Origin: Clostridia bacterium
GTDB taxonomy: Bacteria; Bacillota; Clostridia; Christensenellales; UBA1242
Assembly: GCA_900753315.1 (NCBI GenBank)
Contig: CAADYP010000018.1
Span: forward strand, 43,497 to 107,496
Direction: 5' to 3'
Length of the DNA stretch: 64,000 bases
Shown: one piece after another, positions 43,710 through 54,097 of the stretch
Layout: each line of letters starts with the position of its first letter
Position numbering within the stretch: the stretch's first letter is position 1
Notes under the pieces: model-generated
Databases searched by the model: none
Seen by the model: the letters and a program-made list of their open reading frames with translations, nothing else
What the model was told of the DNA's origin: nothing
Position numbers and translations under genes: made by a program

Positions 43710-45716
43710 TTAGAAATCAAATGGATTTGATGCTTTCAAAACCTTTTTGTTTCTGAGTTTGATGTCATAATAAACTTTTTGTGTGTCCAAGCTCTTCATA
43801 ATTCCAACTGGTTGTTCGGCATCTTTCTTATAGAAGAAAGGTGTTTCGTAGTTTGGAGTTTGTTTGATTTTCATTGGATTATATCTAAACAATTTTACAA
43901 TCACAGTATTACGTTCAATTTGACCAAGTTCGTAAGGAGTAATAAGCGCTCTTGTTGTTCTTTGAGTTTGCACACTTGTGCTTGTGCTCTTTCCGTCTTT
44001 ATCTTTTTCGTTTTTGGAAGTGCTTGTGCTCTTTTCTTCATGCAAAAGTTGAACTTCACCACACATTTTTGAGAAATCATCTCTTGTGTGTTGGTCGTCA
44101 GTTCCAAGATAAATTTGAGCATTGCAGTTTCCAATGATTGTTTTTGCAGCGTCCGCACCATACTTTGTTTCCAATTGTGTGTAAGATTGAACAGCCATTT
44201 CATACAAGATGTTTCTTCCACGGGAAACTGTAATCATACTATCAAATTTAGGGATAGGTGGCAAGTTACCAAATTCTTCCAAAATGAAGTAAACATGGTT
44301 TGGCAATTTCTTGTCGTGATATGAATTGGCTTTGTCAACCAGTCTTTTGTAAAGTTGTGACAAGCAAAGGATTGCAAGGTTGTGTCTTTCTTCTCTATCA
44401 TCAGGAATGATAAGGTAGAATGCTGTTGGTTTGCTTGTAAAATCATCAAAATTGATGTCGCTTTGAGATGTCAAATATGAAATACCAATGTCGTTCATGA
44501 ATGAAATTTTTCCGTTCAAAACACCGATATATGATTTTGTTGTGTTTGGAGAGTTGTTGATAACAGCTGATGTCAAGTTTGGAACAGTTGATGTTGCTTC
44601 ATCTCTTCCTTGCAACAAATATTTTCTTACTGTTTCAAATGGAGCTTCGGCATCTGGGTCACGGAATGTTGCAATCTTGTAAAGGTTAAAGAAATTGAAT
44701 TTTTCTTTTGTCATGCCAAGTTCTGGGTCAAGGCTGTCTTCAAGCATAGCAAGAGCACAGCCATACAAATAGTCTTGTGCACCTTCTTCCCATGTTGGGT
44801 CTTGTGCTTTTGATTTTGGAGCAATAGTATTGCAGATTTCACGAAGCTCGTTTTGTGCAAGGTCACAATAAACTTGTTCCGCACTTGCAACCGCCACTCT
44901 CAAACTATCTTCGTTTGGATATGCAACACCTTCAAATCCATACCATTCTTGTCCATAAGTTTCACCAGGGATTTCTTGATAGCCAGCCAATTTTGGTGCA
45001 GTTCCGTTTGAACACTTTTTGATGTTATTTTTGCAATTTTTGCCTTTGTGGTATGTTTCATAAGCGTGTTCCATTGGATTCCATCTTGTAGATGAAAACG
45101 CATCACGCAAATTGAGTGTTAAAACCCTATATCCTTCATCTTCCAAAATTCTGCTTGTTTTTGTGTAAAGTTCGCCTTTCGGGTCAGAGATAACCATGCA
45201 TGGTTTTTCTCCAGAGTGTCCCAAAATTCTGATTGTAGGCACAAGGCAGGCACTTGTTTTGCCGGAAGCGGTTGTTCCGATAATCAAACAGTGATATTCG
45301 TCTTTCATTGCAATTTGATATTTGCCATTTTCAATTTGGTTTCTAAAAACTATGCCTGTGTTTTTAAGTGATGGCAAATGAGACCAAGTCGTTGCAATAA
45401 GCCCTTTTTGATTTGCAATGTCTTCAGGCTTGAGCCATTGAGCATCATAAGACAAAGACATTTCTTGTCCACTTGCAGTTTTTCCTTGTGATTTGTTTTC
45501 TTCTTTTTTCTTTGGTTTTGACATAAATAAATATACAAGTCCAAGCAAAAGTCCTGTGCCAGCACCAATGCCAACATATTCCCAGTTTGTTAATGACTGG
45601 GCAAAAGTTATGCCAGTGTCACGTTCAAGAAAGTAGCACAATGCAGCGCCACCAACATATCCCAAAACTGTCAAAACTACGAGAATGATTAAGTTTGTTT
45701 TAGTTTTCTTTGACAT
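43710..45716 (-). CDS. Type IV secretion coupling protein (VirD4/TraG/TraD family)
   Basis: 668 aa with two N-terminal TM helices, Walker A IIGTTASGKTSA and Walker B-like VYFILEEFGNLP. The motif ITVSRGRNILYEMAVQSYTQLETKYG is typical of T4SS-DNA_transf family proteins. RBS AAGGAGAAA. Confidence 0.85.
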   Translation of the reverse strand: MSKKTKTNLIILVVLTVLGYVGGAALCYFLERDTGITFAQSLTNWEYVGIGAGTGLLLGLVYLFMSKPKKKEENKSQGKTASGQEMSLSYDAQWLKPEDIANQKGLIATTWSHLPSLKNTGIVFRNQIENGKYQIAMKDEYHCLIIGTTASGKTSACLVPTIRILGHSGEKPCMVISDPKGELYTKTSRILEDEGYRVLTLNLRDAFSSTRWNPMEHAYETYHKGKNCKNNIKKCSNGTAPKLAGYQEIPGETYGQEWYGFEGVAYPNEDSLRVAVASAEQVYCDLAQNELREICNTIAPKSKAQDPTWEEGAQDYLYGCALAMLEDSLDPELGMTKEKFNFFNLYKIATFRDPDAEAPFETVRKYLLQGRDEATSTVPNLTSAVINNSPNTTKSYIGVLNGKISFMNDIGISYLTSQSDINFDDFTSKPTAFYLIIPDDREERHNLAILCLSQLYKRLVDKANSYHDKKLPNHVYFILEEFGNLPPIPKFDSMITVSRGRNILYEMAVQSYTQLETKYGADAAKTIIGNCNAQIYLGTDDQHTRDDFSKMCGEVQLLHEEKSTSTSKNEKDKDGKSTSTSVQTQRTTRALITPYELGQIERNTVIVKLFRYNPMKIKQTPNYETPFFYKKDAEQPVGIMKSLDTQKVYYDIKLRNKKVLKASNPFDF

Positions 45717-45832
45717 GATTTCTCCTTATATATACTTATCCTTATTTTAAACATTATAATAAAAAAAAGCAACAAATAAAATGTTTTTTTGAAAATTTTG
45801 TTTTGCCAGTCCATATGTATAACAATGAAAAC

Positions 45833-45862
45833 TTGCAAACTATGCAAAATTTGTGATATAAT
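45833..45862 (+). promoter_or_regulatory. Sigma-A promoter of tRNA-Arg
   Basis: TTGCAA (45833-45838), 18-bp spacer, TG-extended TATAAT (45857-45862). Confidence 0.55.
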
Positions 45863-45884
45863 TTGAATGAAAAAATCATTATTT

Positions 45885-45959
45885 GCACCCATAGTGAAGT
45901 GGATATCACAATCGTCTTCGGAACGATTATGGAGGGTTCGAGTCCTTCTGGGTGCACCA
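45885..45959 (+). tRNA. tRNA-Arg (anticodon UCG), CCA encoded
   Basis: Manual cloverleaf. Acceptor GCACCCA/TGGGTGC, D arm GTGA-AGTGGATA-TCAC, anticodon arm ATCGT-CTTCGGA-ACGAT (anticodon TCG), T arm GAGGG-TTCGAGT-CCTTC, then ACCA. Confidence 0.88.
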
Positions 45960-46015
45960 AAATTATACAAACTTCAATGTGTTGATTGTGAGAGACTTTT
46001 AAACATAGGAGAAAA

Positions 46016-46501
46016 ATGGCAAGAGATGTCAAAATTTGGAAAGACGATGGGGCATTCAAGTTGCGAACTTGTGGTGTTGTTGAGATAGATGGAAAATATT
46101 TGATTGGGAATTCTGGCGAATGTGACTTTTGGAGTTTTCCTGGTGGACATGTTACCATAGGTGAGAGTACTGATGATGCCGTTGTGAGAGAGTTTTTTGA
46201 AGAAACAAAAATAGAAACCGAAACAGAGAAGTTGCTTGCAGATATTCAGCTTTTTTGGGATAGAGGTGATGGTAAACCATTTCATGAAGTGGGCTTTTAT
46301 TATTTGTTGAAGCCGAAACACAAGATTGAGGCAAAAGATTTTGTTTATGAAGAAAATGATGGTAGAAAAATTAAACATCATGTTTATAAGTGGTTGACGC
46401 TTGAAGAACTAAAAAATATAGATGTTCGTCCATTAGAACTTTTGATTTGTCTTGAAAACAATTTGGAAAGACAACATTTTGTTCACAATATGATGAAATA
46501 A
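46016..46501 (+). CDS. NUDIX hydrolase
   Basis: 161 aa with the Nudix box GGHVTIGESTDDAVVREFFEETKI (Gx5Ex7REUxEE). Confidence 0.85.
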   Translation: MARDVKIWKDDGAFKLRTCGVVEIDGKYLIGNSGECDFWSFPGGHVTIGESTDDAVVREFFEETKIETETEKLLADIQLFWDRGDGKPFHEVGFYYLLKPKHKIEAKDFVYEENDGRKIKHHVYKWLTLEELKNIDVRPLELLICLENNLERQHFVHNMMK

Positions 46502-46502
46502 A

Positions 46503-46531
46503 AAACAGGCGAAATGCTTGTTTTTTTTGAT
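46503..46531 (+). terminator. Rho-independent terminator
   Basis: AACAGGC-gaaat-GCTTGTT followed by TTTTTT. Confidence 0.55.
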
Positions 46532-46583
46532 TTACCCCTTTAATTTTTTTGAACAATGTGATATAATATAAGCATAAGGGGAT

Positions 46584-47213
46584 ATGATGGAGAAACTAAA
46601 CAAAAGTTTTGACACCGAAAAGTATTTAAAAGAAGGGGCTTTGACAAAACCATTTTTGAGTGGAGTCATTGTCAAAGAAAAAGTCTTTATGGACTTTGAC
46701 AACAAAAAAGAATCTGGACAACAAGCATCAGTTTTGACAAGTTTAGCAAGTTGGATTTTACATAACATTAAGCCTGCGACGGATGAGAAGTTTGTTCAAG
46801 CAAACAAGTTTAATCGAACAGCTGAAGAAATTTGGAAAAGTGGATTTGAAACTGGTTGCACAGACTATTGCACTGTTTATGCGACTCTTGCAAGGCAACT
46901 AAAAATTCCTACAACATTTTTACATGCTGCAGAGTATAATTGGCTTATGAAATTGAATGCAGGAGAAAGCTTTCAAAAGAATGTGGGGCATTCATTTTGT
47001 GAATGCTATTGTGATGGAAAGTGGGTGATTGTTGATCCAACTTGTGGAAAAGTCATAGAAAATTATAATCAAAACATCATCTCCTTGCCTTATCAAATTG
47101 GTGGTAGCACGAAGTTTGTTCCATATTATCGAGCACTTGATCTTGGTGGAAAACAAACAATAAAAGACCACAACCAAGATATGAATAAAAAATGTAAAAA
47201 CTTGTTCCATTAA
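46584..47213 (+). CDS. Transglutaminase-like cysteine peptidase-fold protein
   Basis: 209 aa. Putative Cys-His-Asp core: TGCTDYCTVYATLARQLKIPTTFLH ... GHSFCECYCDGKWVIVDP. Confidence 0.65.
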   Translation: MMEKLNKSFDTEKYLKEGALTKPFLSGVIVKEKVFMDFDNKKESGQQASVLTSLASWILHNIKPATDEKFVQANKFNRTAEEIWKSGFETGCTDYCTVYATLARQLKIPTTFLHAAEYNWLMKLNAGESFQKNVGHSFCECYCDGKWVIVDPTCGKVIENYNQNIISLPYQIGGSTKFVPYYRALDLGGKQTIKDHNQDMNKKCKNLFH

Positions 47214-47240
47214 AAAAGCAAAACAATAATATAAAATAAA

Positions 47241-47272
47241 AACGCTTCAAAAAATGAAGCGTTTTCTTTTTG
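47241..47272. terminator. Bidirectional terminator (transglutaminase-like gene / eno)
   Basis: AACGCTTCA-aaaaa-TGAAGCGTT with a flanking A-run and T-run. Confidence 0.7.
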
Positions 47273-47288
47273 TGTAATATTTATGGTT

Positions 47289-48614
<1,326 letters not shown>

Positions 48615-48727
48615 TTACAAACATATTATACACAAATTTTTTGTCAATTCCAAACGATAGCAGGGATTGCCCCTTGAAATCTTTAAATATGTGTGTTATA
48701 ATATTCGTATATGGAGGGGTAATATTT

Positions 48728-49732
48728 ATGCCTGATGAAGAAACGTTCTTGGAAAAAGAATTAAAAAAAGAAAAAAAAGGAGTAAGAAAAGCAAGAAAGC
48801 TTATCAAAAAGGATTCAAAATATGCGATTTTGAAATACACAACCAGCAAAGTTTTGGATTTTGATCAAATTTACAATGTATATGAGTGGCATGATGGTTA
48901 TGCAAAGCAAGTAATTCAAATTTCAAAATTAAGGAAAAATTTGGGATTGCTTGAAAAGATTGACAAAGACAGCAAGGTGCCTTATTCAATAAAGACAAGA
49001 GCATACAATTTCAATCTTTTGTGTACAAGTGCACTTGATATTTATTCAAGACAATTTGATACACCTGAATTTGACAAAGATGTAGAAAGATTAAACGAAT
49101 TTCTTGACAAACACATCGCAAGAGTTGGACTTTTCGGTCATACATTCAAGATTGTAAGAAGCAAAGAGTTGGAAAATTCTCCAAAAGGGACTAGCTATGG
49201 CTATCTCAAAGAAAAACATTTAGCAGAATTTAATGAAATGAGCGACCGCTTTGCAGAAATTTATTCTAAGAACGAGAAAGAATTGGAAGATGTAAAAATG
49301 TGGGAACTTGCTGACAATATACCAACAGCGAAATTAAATTTGAATTTGGTTAAACTTCAAAAAGCAGCAAAAAATCCAAACATACCATACAGCAAATTGC
49401 CAGTTGTAAACAAATTTATTAAATTGTGCACTGATGGACTTGCAATTTATGACAATGAAATTGAAAATCGTGTATTTGAAACAGACATTAAAGATCTTAA
49501 CCAATACCTTCAATCACATATTCGTCAAACGAAATATGGCTATATTTTTACTGTCGTAAGCCACAAAGAACTTTCAGAGTTACAAGAAAAAGAAATAGAT
49601 ATAAGACAAAAAAATTTGGGGTATTTTGAAAGAATGCAAGAACGTTTTACAAAAATTCTTGATAAAAACATGACGAAGACAAACAGTAAGAATGTCGAGG
49701 AGAAACAACAAGAAAACGATTATACAAAATAA
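48728..49732 (+). CDS. Hypothetical protein with an internal ~100-aa tandem duplication
   Basis: ORF trimmed to the ATG at 48728 (RBS GGAGGGG). It has a Lys-rich N-terminus and two related modules (see finding). Confidence 0.5.
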   Translation: MPDEETFLEKELKKEKKGVRKARKLIKKDSKYAILKYTTSKVLDFDQIYNVYEWHDGYAKQVIQISKLRKNLGLLEKIDKDSKVPYSIKTRAYNFNLLCTSALDIYSRQFDTPEFDKDVERLNEFLDKHIARVGLFGHTFKIVRSKELENSPKGTSYGYLKEKHLAEFNEMSDRFAEIYSKNEKELEDVKMWELADNIPTAKLNLNLVKLQKAAKNPNIPYSKLPVVNKFIKLCTDGLAIYDNEIENRVFETDIKDLNQYLQSHIRQTKYGYIFTVVSHKELSELQEKEIDIRQKNLGYFERMQERFTKILDKNMTKTNSKNVEEKQQENDYTK

Positions 49733-49753
49733 GCACTTCAAGTGCTTTTTTTG
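49732..49753 (+). terminator. Rho-independent terminator
   Basis: AGCACT-tca-AGTGCT followed by TTTTTTT. Confidence 0.6.
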
Positions 49754-49847
49754 TTCTTATACACATTTCGCAAAATTCCAAAATTGTTAGGTAAAACTTG
49801 CAAGTTGTGATATACTAAAAAAGAAATTGACAAAATGTGGAGGAAAT

Positions 49848-51737
49848 ATGAAAAAGATTCTTTCAATGTTGACGATTTGTTGTGTATCCCTGCTTGCAGG
49901 TGTTTTTTTGTGTTCATGCTCAAATGATGCATACAATGTCCAATTTTCTATGGACGAAAAGACAGAGCAGTATGTCGAACTTGGTTTCAGCACTGCAGGA
50001 GAAAAGATTGAAATTGGAGAAAAGAAAAAGTTTAAAGTTGCTTCTGGCGATGCTGTGAAGGTTGAGATTACAGCAAACCAATATGGCGTGGATTTTTCAA
50101 ATCTTGTTATCACAGTAAATGGGGCAGACCAAGAGATTATTTTAAACAGCAAATATAGTCCATTTTCATCTGGAGAGAGTTTGATGTATGGACATTTTGT
50201 TTTGGCGAAAGGCAAAAATTGCAAGATAGAACTTTCAGGAGTAGACAAAATTACATCAACATTTTCATTCGATGCGGTTGGGCTTGACGATGAAGAAGTT
50301 GTTTCAAAATTGAAGATGACGCAAGTTTGTGTAACATTTGATGATTTGGACGATGAAACAGGCGAAACTGCTCCAGAATATAAAAATCTTTACGATTTGG
50401 TTACAGCAGAAGAAAGATTTTCTTTTACAAGAACATTTGATGAAAGAGAAGAACTTTATAACAGATACAATTCTATTCGAGTTGAAATTGAAGGGGTTAT
50501 TCCTTTCGATTTGGAAAATGCAAATCCATTTGGCATTATGGGACAAAACGGAGTTGCCGACCCAGTAGTTATGACACAATACGGAGATATATATGTTTTA
50601 GGCCTTGGCGAACTTTTGTCATATAATGACTACAAAATTGTTGTAGATTATTCAAATATTGAATATCGCACTTTCAACATATCTTTGCCAGAGAAAAACA
50701 TGACTTATGAGGTTTTGATTGACAAAGAAACCATAAATTATAATCAAGAGGGATTAGTTTCAGTAAAAAAACTTTTGGATTCAAGCAAAGTTGATTACAC
50801 AAACATGAAAGTCTCAATCAATACTCTCGAACTTGAAAAAGTTGGTGAAAGTGATGACGGATTGACTGTTCAATTTAAAATTCCAAAAAACATCACACCA
50901 TGCACAACAGGCGGAGGGAATGTTTACAGAATTTCTGTTAGTGGCTATCAATATCTTGTTCCGTCATACATTTTGAGAGCAAATTCCATTGAAGGACTAT
51001 CATTGGCAAACCCATTGATTATACCAAGCATTTGGCTTGTAAACGATAATGGTGATAAATTAGGCTTTTCTGGAGTTAATGAAAATGGCGAATACACATC
51101 TTTGGAAGGACTTAGAAATGCCGTTATTTGGTCTTACAATTATGACGAAGTAAATCAAGCGTATTATTCAAAGTCTGACTTGTATGATTATGACATCAAT
51201 GCAAATCAAGAAAAGATTTTGAATGTCAAAGAACAACTTGCGGGTGCAACTGCAGATGTCACAAAAAGCATTGCTGGTGGATACACTTTTAAAGCATTTT
51301 ACAATTCAACAACAGGGAAATTTGATAGTTTTCAACTTGAATTTGTATGCTCAAAAGAAACAACATTTGAATTTACGAATTTCCAAGACTTCACAAAAAA
51401 CATTGATGTTTCTTATTCATTTGAAGACCCAAGAATTGAAAGAATTGAATATGCTATTGCAACTGAAAATTCTGATTTCCAAAATTTGGAATGGGCAGAA
51501 CTTACAAAAGATGAAAGTATCAAATTGGCAGTAACAGGACAAGCAGTTGTATGTTTTAGACTTACATCACAATCTCCAATTGGTTCACACGAATTTAAGA
51601 TTGAAAATCAAAAAATAAGCAATTCAAAAATGGAACCATTATCTGTTAGTGCAGATGGAAAAGTTTATACAGTTTTGAGATATATTGTTTCAAACATTCA
51701 ATATGATGGAGATATGTCATTCAAACTTGTTCCATAA
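49848..51737 (+). CDS. Putative lipoprotein (629 aa), function unknown
   Basis: ORF trimmed to the ATG at 49848 (RBS GGAGGAAAT). Signal peptide MKKILSMLTICCVSLLAGVFLCSCS has a lipobox-like L-C-S-C. Confidence 0.55.
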   Translation: MKKILSMLTICCVSLLAGVFLCSCSNDAYNVQFSMDEKTEQYVELGFSTAGEKIEIGEKKKFKVASGDAVKVEITANQYGVDFSNLVITVNGADQEIILNSKYSPFSSGESLMYGHFVLAKGKNCKIELSGVDKITSTFSFDAVGLDDEEVVSKLKMTQVCVTFDDLDDETGETAPEYKNLYDLVTAEERFSFTRTFDEREELYNRYNSIRVEIEGVIPFDLENANPFGIMGQNGVADPVVMTQYGDIYVLGLGELLSYNDYKIVVDYSNIEYRTFNISLPEKNMTYEVLIDKETINYNQEGLVSVKKLLDSSKVDYTNMKVSINTLELEKVGESDDGLTVQFKIPKNITPCTTGGGNVYRISVSGYQYLVPSYILRANSIEGLSLANPLIIPSIWLVNDNGDKLGFSGVNENGEYTSLEGLRNAVIWSYNYDEVNQAYYSKSDLYDYDINANQEKILNVKEQLAGATADVTKSIAGGYTFKAFYNSTTGKFDSFQLEFVCSKETTFEFTNFQDFTKNIDVSYSFEDPRIERIEYAIATENSDFQNLEWAELTKDESIKLAVTGQAVVCFRLTSQSPIGSHEFKIENQKISNSKMEPLSVSADGKVYTVLRYIVSNIQYDGDMSFKLVP

Positions 51738-51775
51738 ATTTGAAAAATTAAAGACTAAAAACAAAACAGAAATCA

Positions 51776-51806
51776 AAAATCACCCAAGTGGTGATTTTTC
51801 TTTTTA
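51776..51806 (+). terminator. Rho-independent terminator
   Basis: AATCACC-caag-TGGTGATT followed by TTTCTTTTT. Confidence 0.65.
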
Positions 51807-51900
51807 AAAGATTTTGTTTGTATGATTTTCTTTTTGTTTTTGCCACGAAAAACCTTGATTTTTGTCACTTTTTGGTCTATTATATAGGCAGGAGAAATTT

Positions 51901-52530
51901 ATGAAAAAGATAAAACAATTTTTTAGCGATTTTAAAAAATTTATCAGCCGTGGGAATGTTGTTGACATGGCAGTCGGCGTAATTGTTGCTAGTGCATTTA
52001 CAGCAATCGTTACAGCACTTACAAACAAAATCATCATGCCTTGCATCAATTGGCTTTTGTCACTTGGTGGAGCAGGACTTGAATCTGCTTATACGTTTTT
52101 GAAGGTTGTCAAAGACGCCAATGGTGTGATTGACCTTACAAAGAGTATTTACATTGATTGGGGAGCATTTATCACTGCAATTCTCAACTTCTTCATCATT
52201 GCATTTGTTCTTTTTACAGTGCTCAGAATTATGATGGACGCACAAGGTTTGTGGAAAAAGAGTGTTAAAGAACGTCCAACGAGAGAAGAAAAGAAGATTT
52301 TGAAAAAACAAGGTGTAAACATGAAAGATTATCACGCAGTTATCAAAGCAACAGCAGAACTTCGTGAGAAAAACAAACCAGCACCAGTTGCACCAAAGCC
52401 AACACAAGAGGAGTTGTTGACACAAATTTTGGAAGAATTGAAAAAGAAAAATGAACTTGAAATCGCAAAACAAGAACCAACAGAAGTCAACGAAGGAAAA
52501 GAAACAGAAGAAACTGCAAAAGTAGAATAA
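51901..52530 (+). CDS. mscL: Large-conductance mechanosensitive channel MscL with an extended Lys/Glu-rich C-terminal tail
   Basis: ORF trimmed to the ATG at 51901 (RBS AGGAGAAA). FKKFISRGNVVDMAVGVIVASAFTAIVTALTNKIIMP matches the MscL TM1 signature. At 209 aa it is longer than the usual ~130-150 aa. Confidence 0.85.
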   Translation: MKKIKQFFSDFKKFISRGNVVDMAVGVIVASAFTAIVTALTNKIIMPCINWLLSLGGAGLESAYTFLKVVKDANGVIDLTKSIYIDWGAFITAILNFFIIAFVLFTVLRIMMDAQGLWKKSVKERPTREEKKILKKQGVNMKDYHAVIKATAELREKNKPAPVAPKPTQEELLTQILEELKKKNELEIAKQEPTEVNEGKETEETAKVE

Positions 52531-52545
52531 TAATTGAATTTTTAG

Positions 52546-52587
52546 AATAGTCTATTGTGTGCGCTGTGCCACAATAGACTATTTTTC
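52546..52587 (+). terminator. Strong rho-independent terminator after mscL
   Basis: 14-bp stem AATAGTCTATTGTG-tgcgctgtgc-CACAATAGACTATT followed by TTT. Confidence 0.8.
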
Positions 52588-52695
52588 AACATTTTTCAAA
52601 TTTTTGTCTAAGGAAATTGACACAAAGACAAATGTTATGATATTATAAAACTAACAAAAGTTAAATTAGTTTTTGATTTTTTATAGGGGGATTTT

Positions 52696-53199
52696 ATGAA
52701 AAGGACAAAAACTTTAGTGGCGGGAATTTTGTCACTAATATGTGAAGCATTTCTTTCTGGTCTTGGCGGTTATTATGGATATGCTTGTTTTGTATTATGG
52801 ATATTTGCAAGTGGGAGTGTTGAAGGATTTAGGTTTTTAATTTTGTTTATTACCATTGGCATAATGTTAATTATCGGAATTATTGATATTGTATTTTCAT
52901 CTATTTCATTTAGTGTATTTAAGTGTGATGCTGAAAGGTATCAAAAAAAGAGAAAGTTGCTCATAACATCATCAGTTTTCAAATTGCTGTTAGGTGTAGG
53001 CGGTATTGTTTTTGGAAGTATGTCTTTCAATGGTGGAGACTATTTGGTTTTGCCAATTATAACATTGTTAAGTGGTCTAGTCTTGGTTGTTTGTGGGGTG
53101 CTTGTTCTTGTTGACATGAAACAAGAGAGCAAAAGAGTATCAGTTACTCAAACAAATCTTGTTGAGACTGAAACCAAGGTAGAAGAAAACAAACAATAA
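52696..53199 (+). CDS. Hypothetical 4-TM membrane protein
   Basis: 167 aa with RBS AGGGGGA, four predicted TM helices and a charged C-tail. Confidence 0.5.
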   Translation: MKRTKTLVAGILSLICEAFLSGLGGYYGYACFVLWIFASGSVEGFRFLILFITIGIMLIIGIIDIVFSSISFSVFKCDAERYQKKRKLLITSSVFKLLLGVGGIVFGSMSFNGGDYLVLPIITLLSGLVLVVCGVLVLVDMKQESKRVSVTQTNLVETETKVEENKQ

Positions 53200-53218
53200 A
53201 AGGAATTTGTGAAAAATA

Positions 53219-53249
53219 AAAGACATGAAAATCGCATGTCTTTTTTTTG
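53219..53249 (+). terminator. Rho-independent terminator
   Basis: AGACATG-aaaatcg-CATGTCT followed by TTTTTTT. Confidence 0.65.
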
Positions 53250-53370
53250 TTTGTAAATCAATTTGCTTTTGTAAATTTGAATTGGGACTTGCCAGCAGGT
53301 GGGAGACAGTAGAGAAAATTGATGGGAAATAAAAAACACACAACCAAATAGTTGTGTGCCTAAATCATTT

Positions 53371-53447
53371 TGGTGGAGATAGACGGATTCGAACCGTCGA
53401 CCCCCTGCTTGCAAGGCAGGTGCTCTAGCCAACTGAGCCATACCCCC
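53371..53447 (-). tRNA. tRNA-Ala (anticodon UGC), CCA encoded
   Basis: Reverse strand GGGGGTATGGCTCAGTTGGCTAGAGCACCTGCCTTGCAAGCAGGGGGTCGACGGTTCGAATCCGTCTATCTCCACCA. It has the G3:U70 Ala identity pair and the anticodon loop CTTGCAA. Confidence 0.92.
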
Positions 53448-53459
53448 ATATGCCCTAAA

Positions 53460-53488
53460 ATATTAACACATTTTAAGGACAATGTCAA
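53460..53488 (-). promoter_or_regulatory. Sigma-A promoter of tRNA-Ala
   Basis: Minus strand TTGACA (53488-53483), 17-bp spacer, TG-extended TAATAT (53465-53460). Confidence 0.6.
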
Positions 53489-53551
53489 CAATTTTTATCA
53501 ACTTTTATTTTTTTATAAATTTTTTATCTTTATGAAAAGAACAAACAATGA

Positions 53552-53941
53552 TTATGGCTTGCTTTGGAATTCTGTGATGTGGACGTTGTTGAGTTTTCTT
53601 TGTTCTTCAACATAGTTAGAGAACATATCTCTTACTTTAAATGGGTTTTTGATATTTTTCAAAATAAATTTTGGACTTCTTTCATCATTACTGAACAAAA
53701 TAACCGTCCCTGTGTTGAAAATCTTTCCCATGAGAGATTGTCTTAATGAAATATCATAGATCCTATACAAGTTTATTTCTTCGATTGAAGAATAAGTAAA
53801 TCCAATATCAGAAAAGATTTTAAACCAAGAACCTTTCTTTCTTATGAGATAATAGCGCGTAAATGACAATGGCATTCCACACCATCTTTTTCTATCTTTC
53901 CATATAAGTTCGGCACCCTCACCATATTTTTTTATGTTCAT
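53552..53941 (-). CDS. Bacterial PH-domain (bPH) protein
   Basis: 129 aa. The pattern IYDISLRQSLMGKIFNTGTVILFSND resembles bacterial PH (YdbS/YdbT-type) domains. RBS AAAGGAGAGG. Confidence 0.55.
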   Translation of the reverse strand: MNIKKYGEGAELIWKDRKRWCGMPLSFTRYYLIRKKGSWFKIFSDIGFTYSSIEEINLYRIYDISLRQSLMGKIFNTGTVILFSNDERSPKFILKNIKNPFKVRDMFSNYVEEQRKLNNVHITEFQSKP

Positions 53942-54097
53942 AAGACCTCTCCTTTAAAAATATTTTACAATAAACATAAGAAAAAGTAAATCATATTTTT
54001 AAAATTTTCATATTTTTTGACATGTTTTTGATTGAAAATGGCACAGAATATAAGAAAACCCCTGTCAATCTGACAGAGGTTTTCAAATGTGGGCGAA

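Noticed and set aside
42500-46000. Integrated conjugative or mobile element at tRNA-Arg
   Set aside because: Only a T4CP is present. I found no integrase, relaxase, VirB4 or transposase, and no direct repeat of the tRNA 3' end. The T4CP lies on the 5' side of the tRNA, not the usual 3' integration side. It is reported as an orphan gene rather than a mobile element.
45689-46381. Minus-strand ORFs 45689..45970, 45754..46158 and 45974..46381
   Set aside because: They overlap the tRNA-Arg gene, its promoter and the well-supported Nudix hydrolase on the plus strand. No RBS and no recognisable family.
53148-53615. ORFs 53148..53441(-) and 53370..53615(+)
   Set aside because: They run straight through tRNA-Ala and its promoter. 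They are artefacts of the GC-rich tRNA sequence in an AT-rich background.
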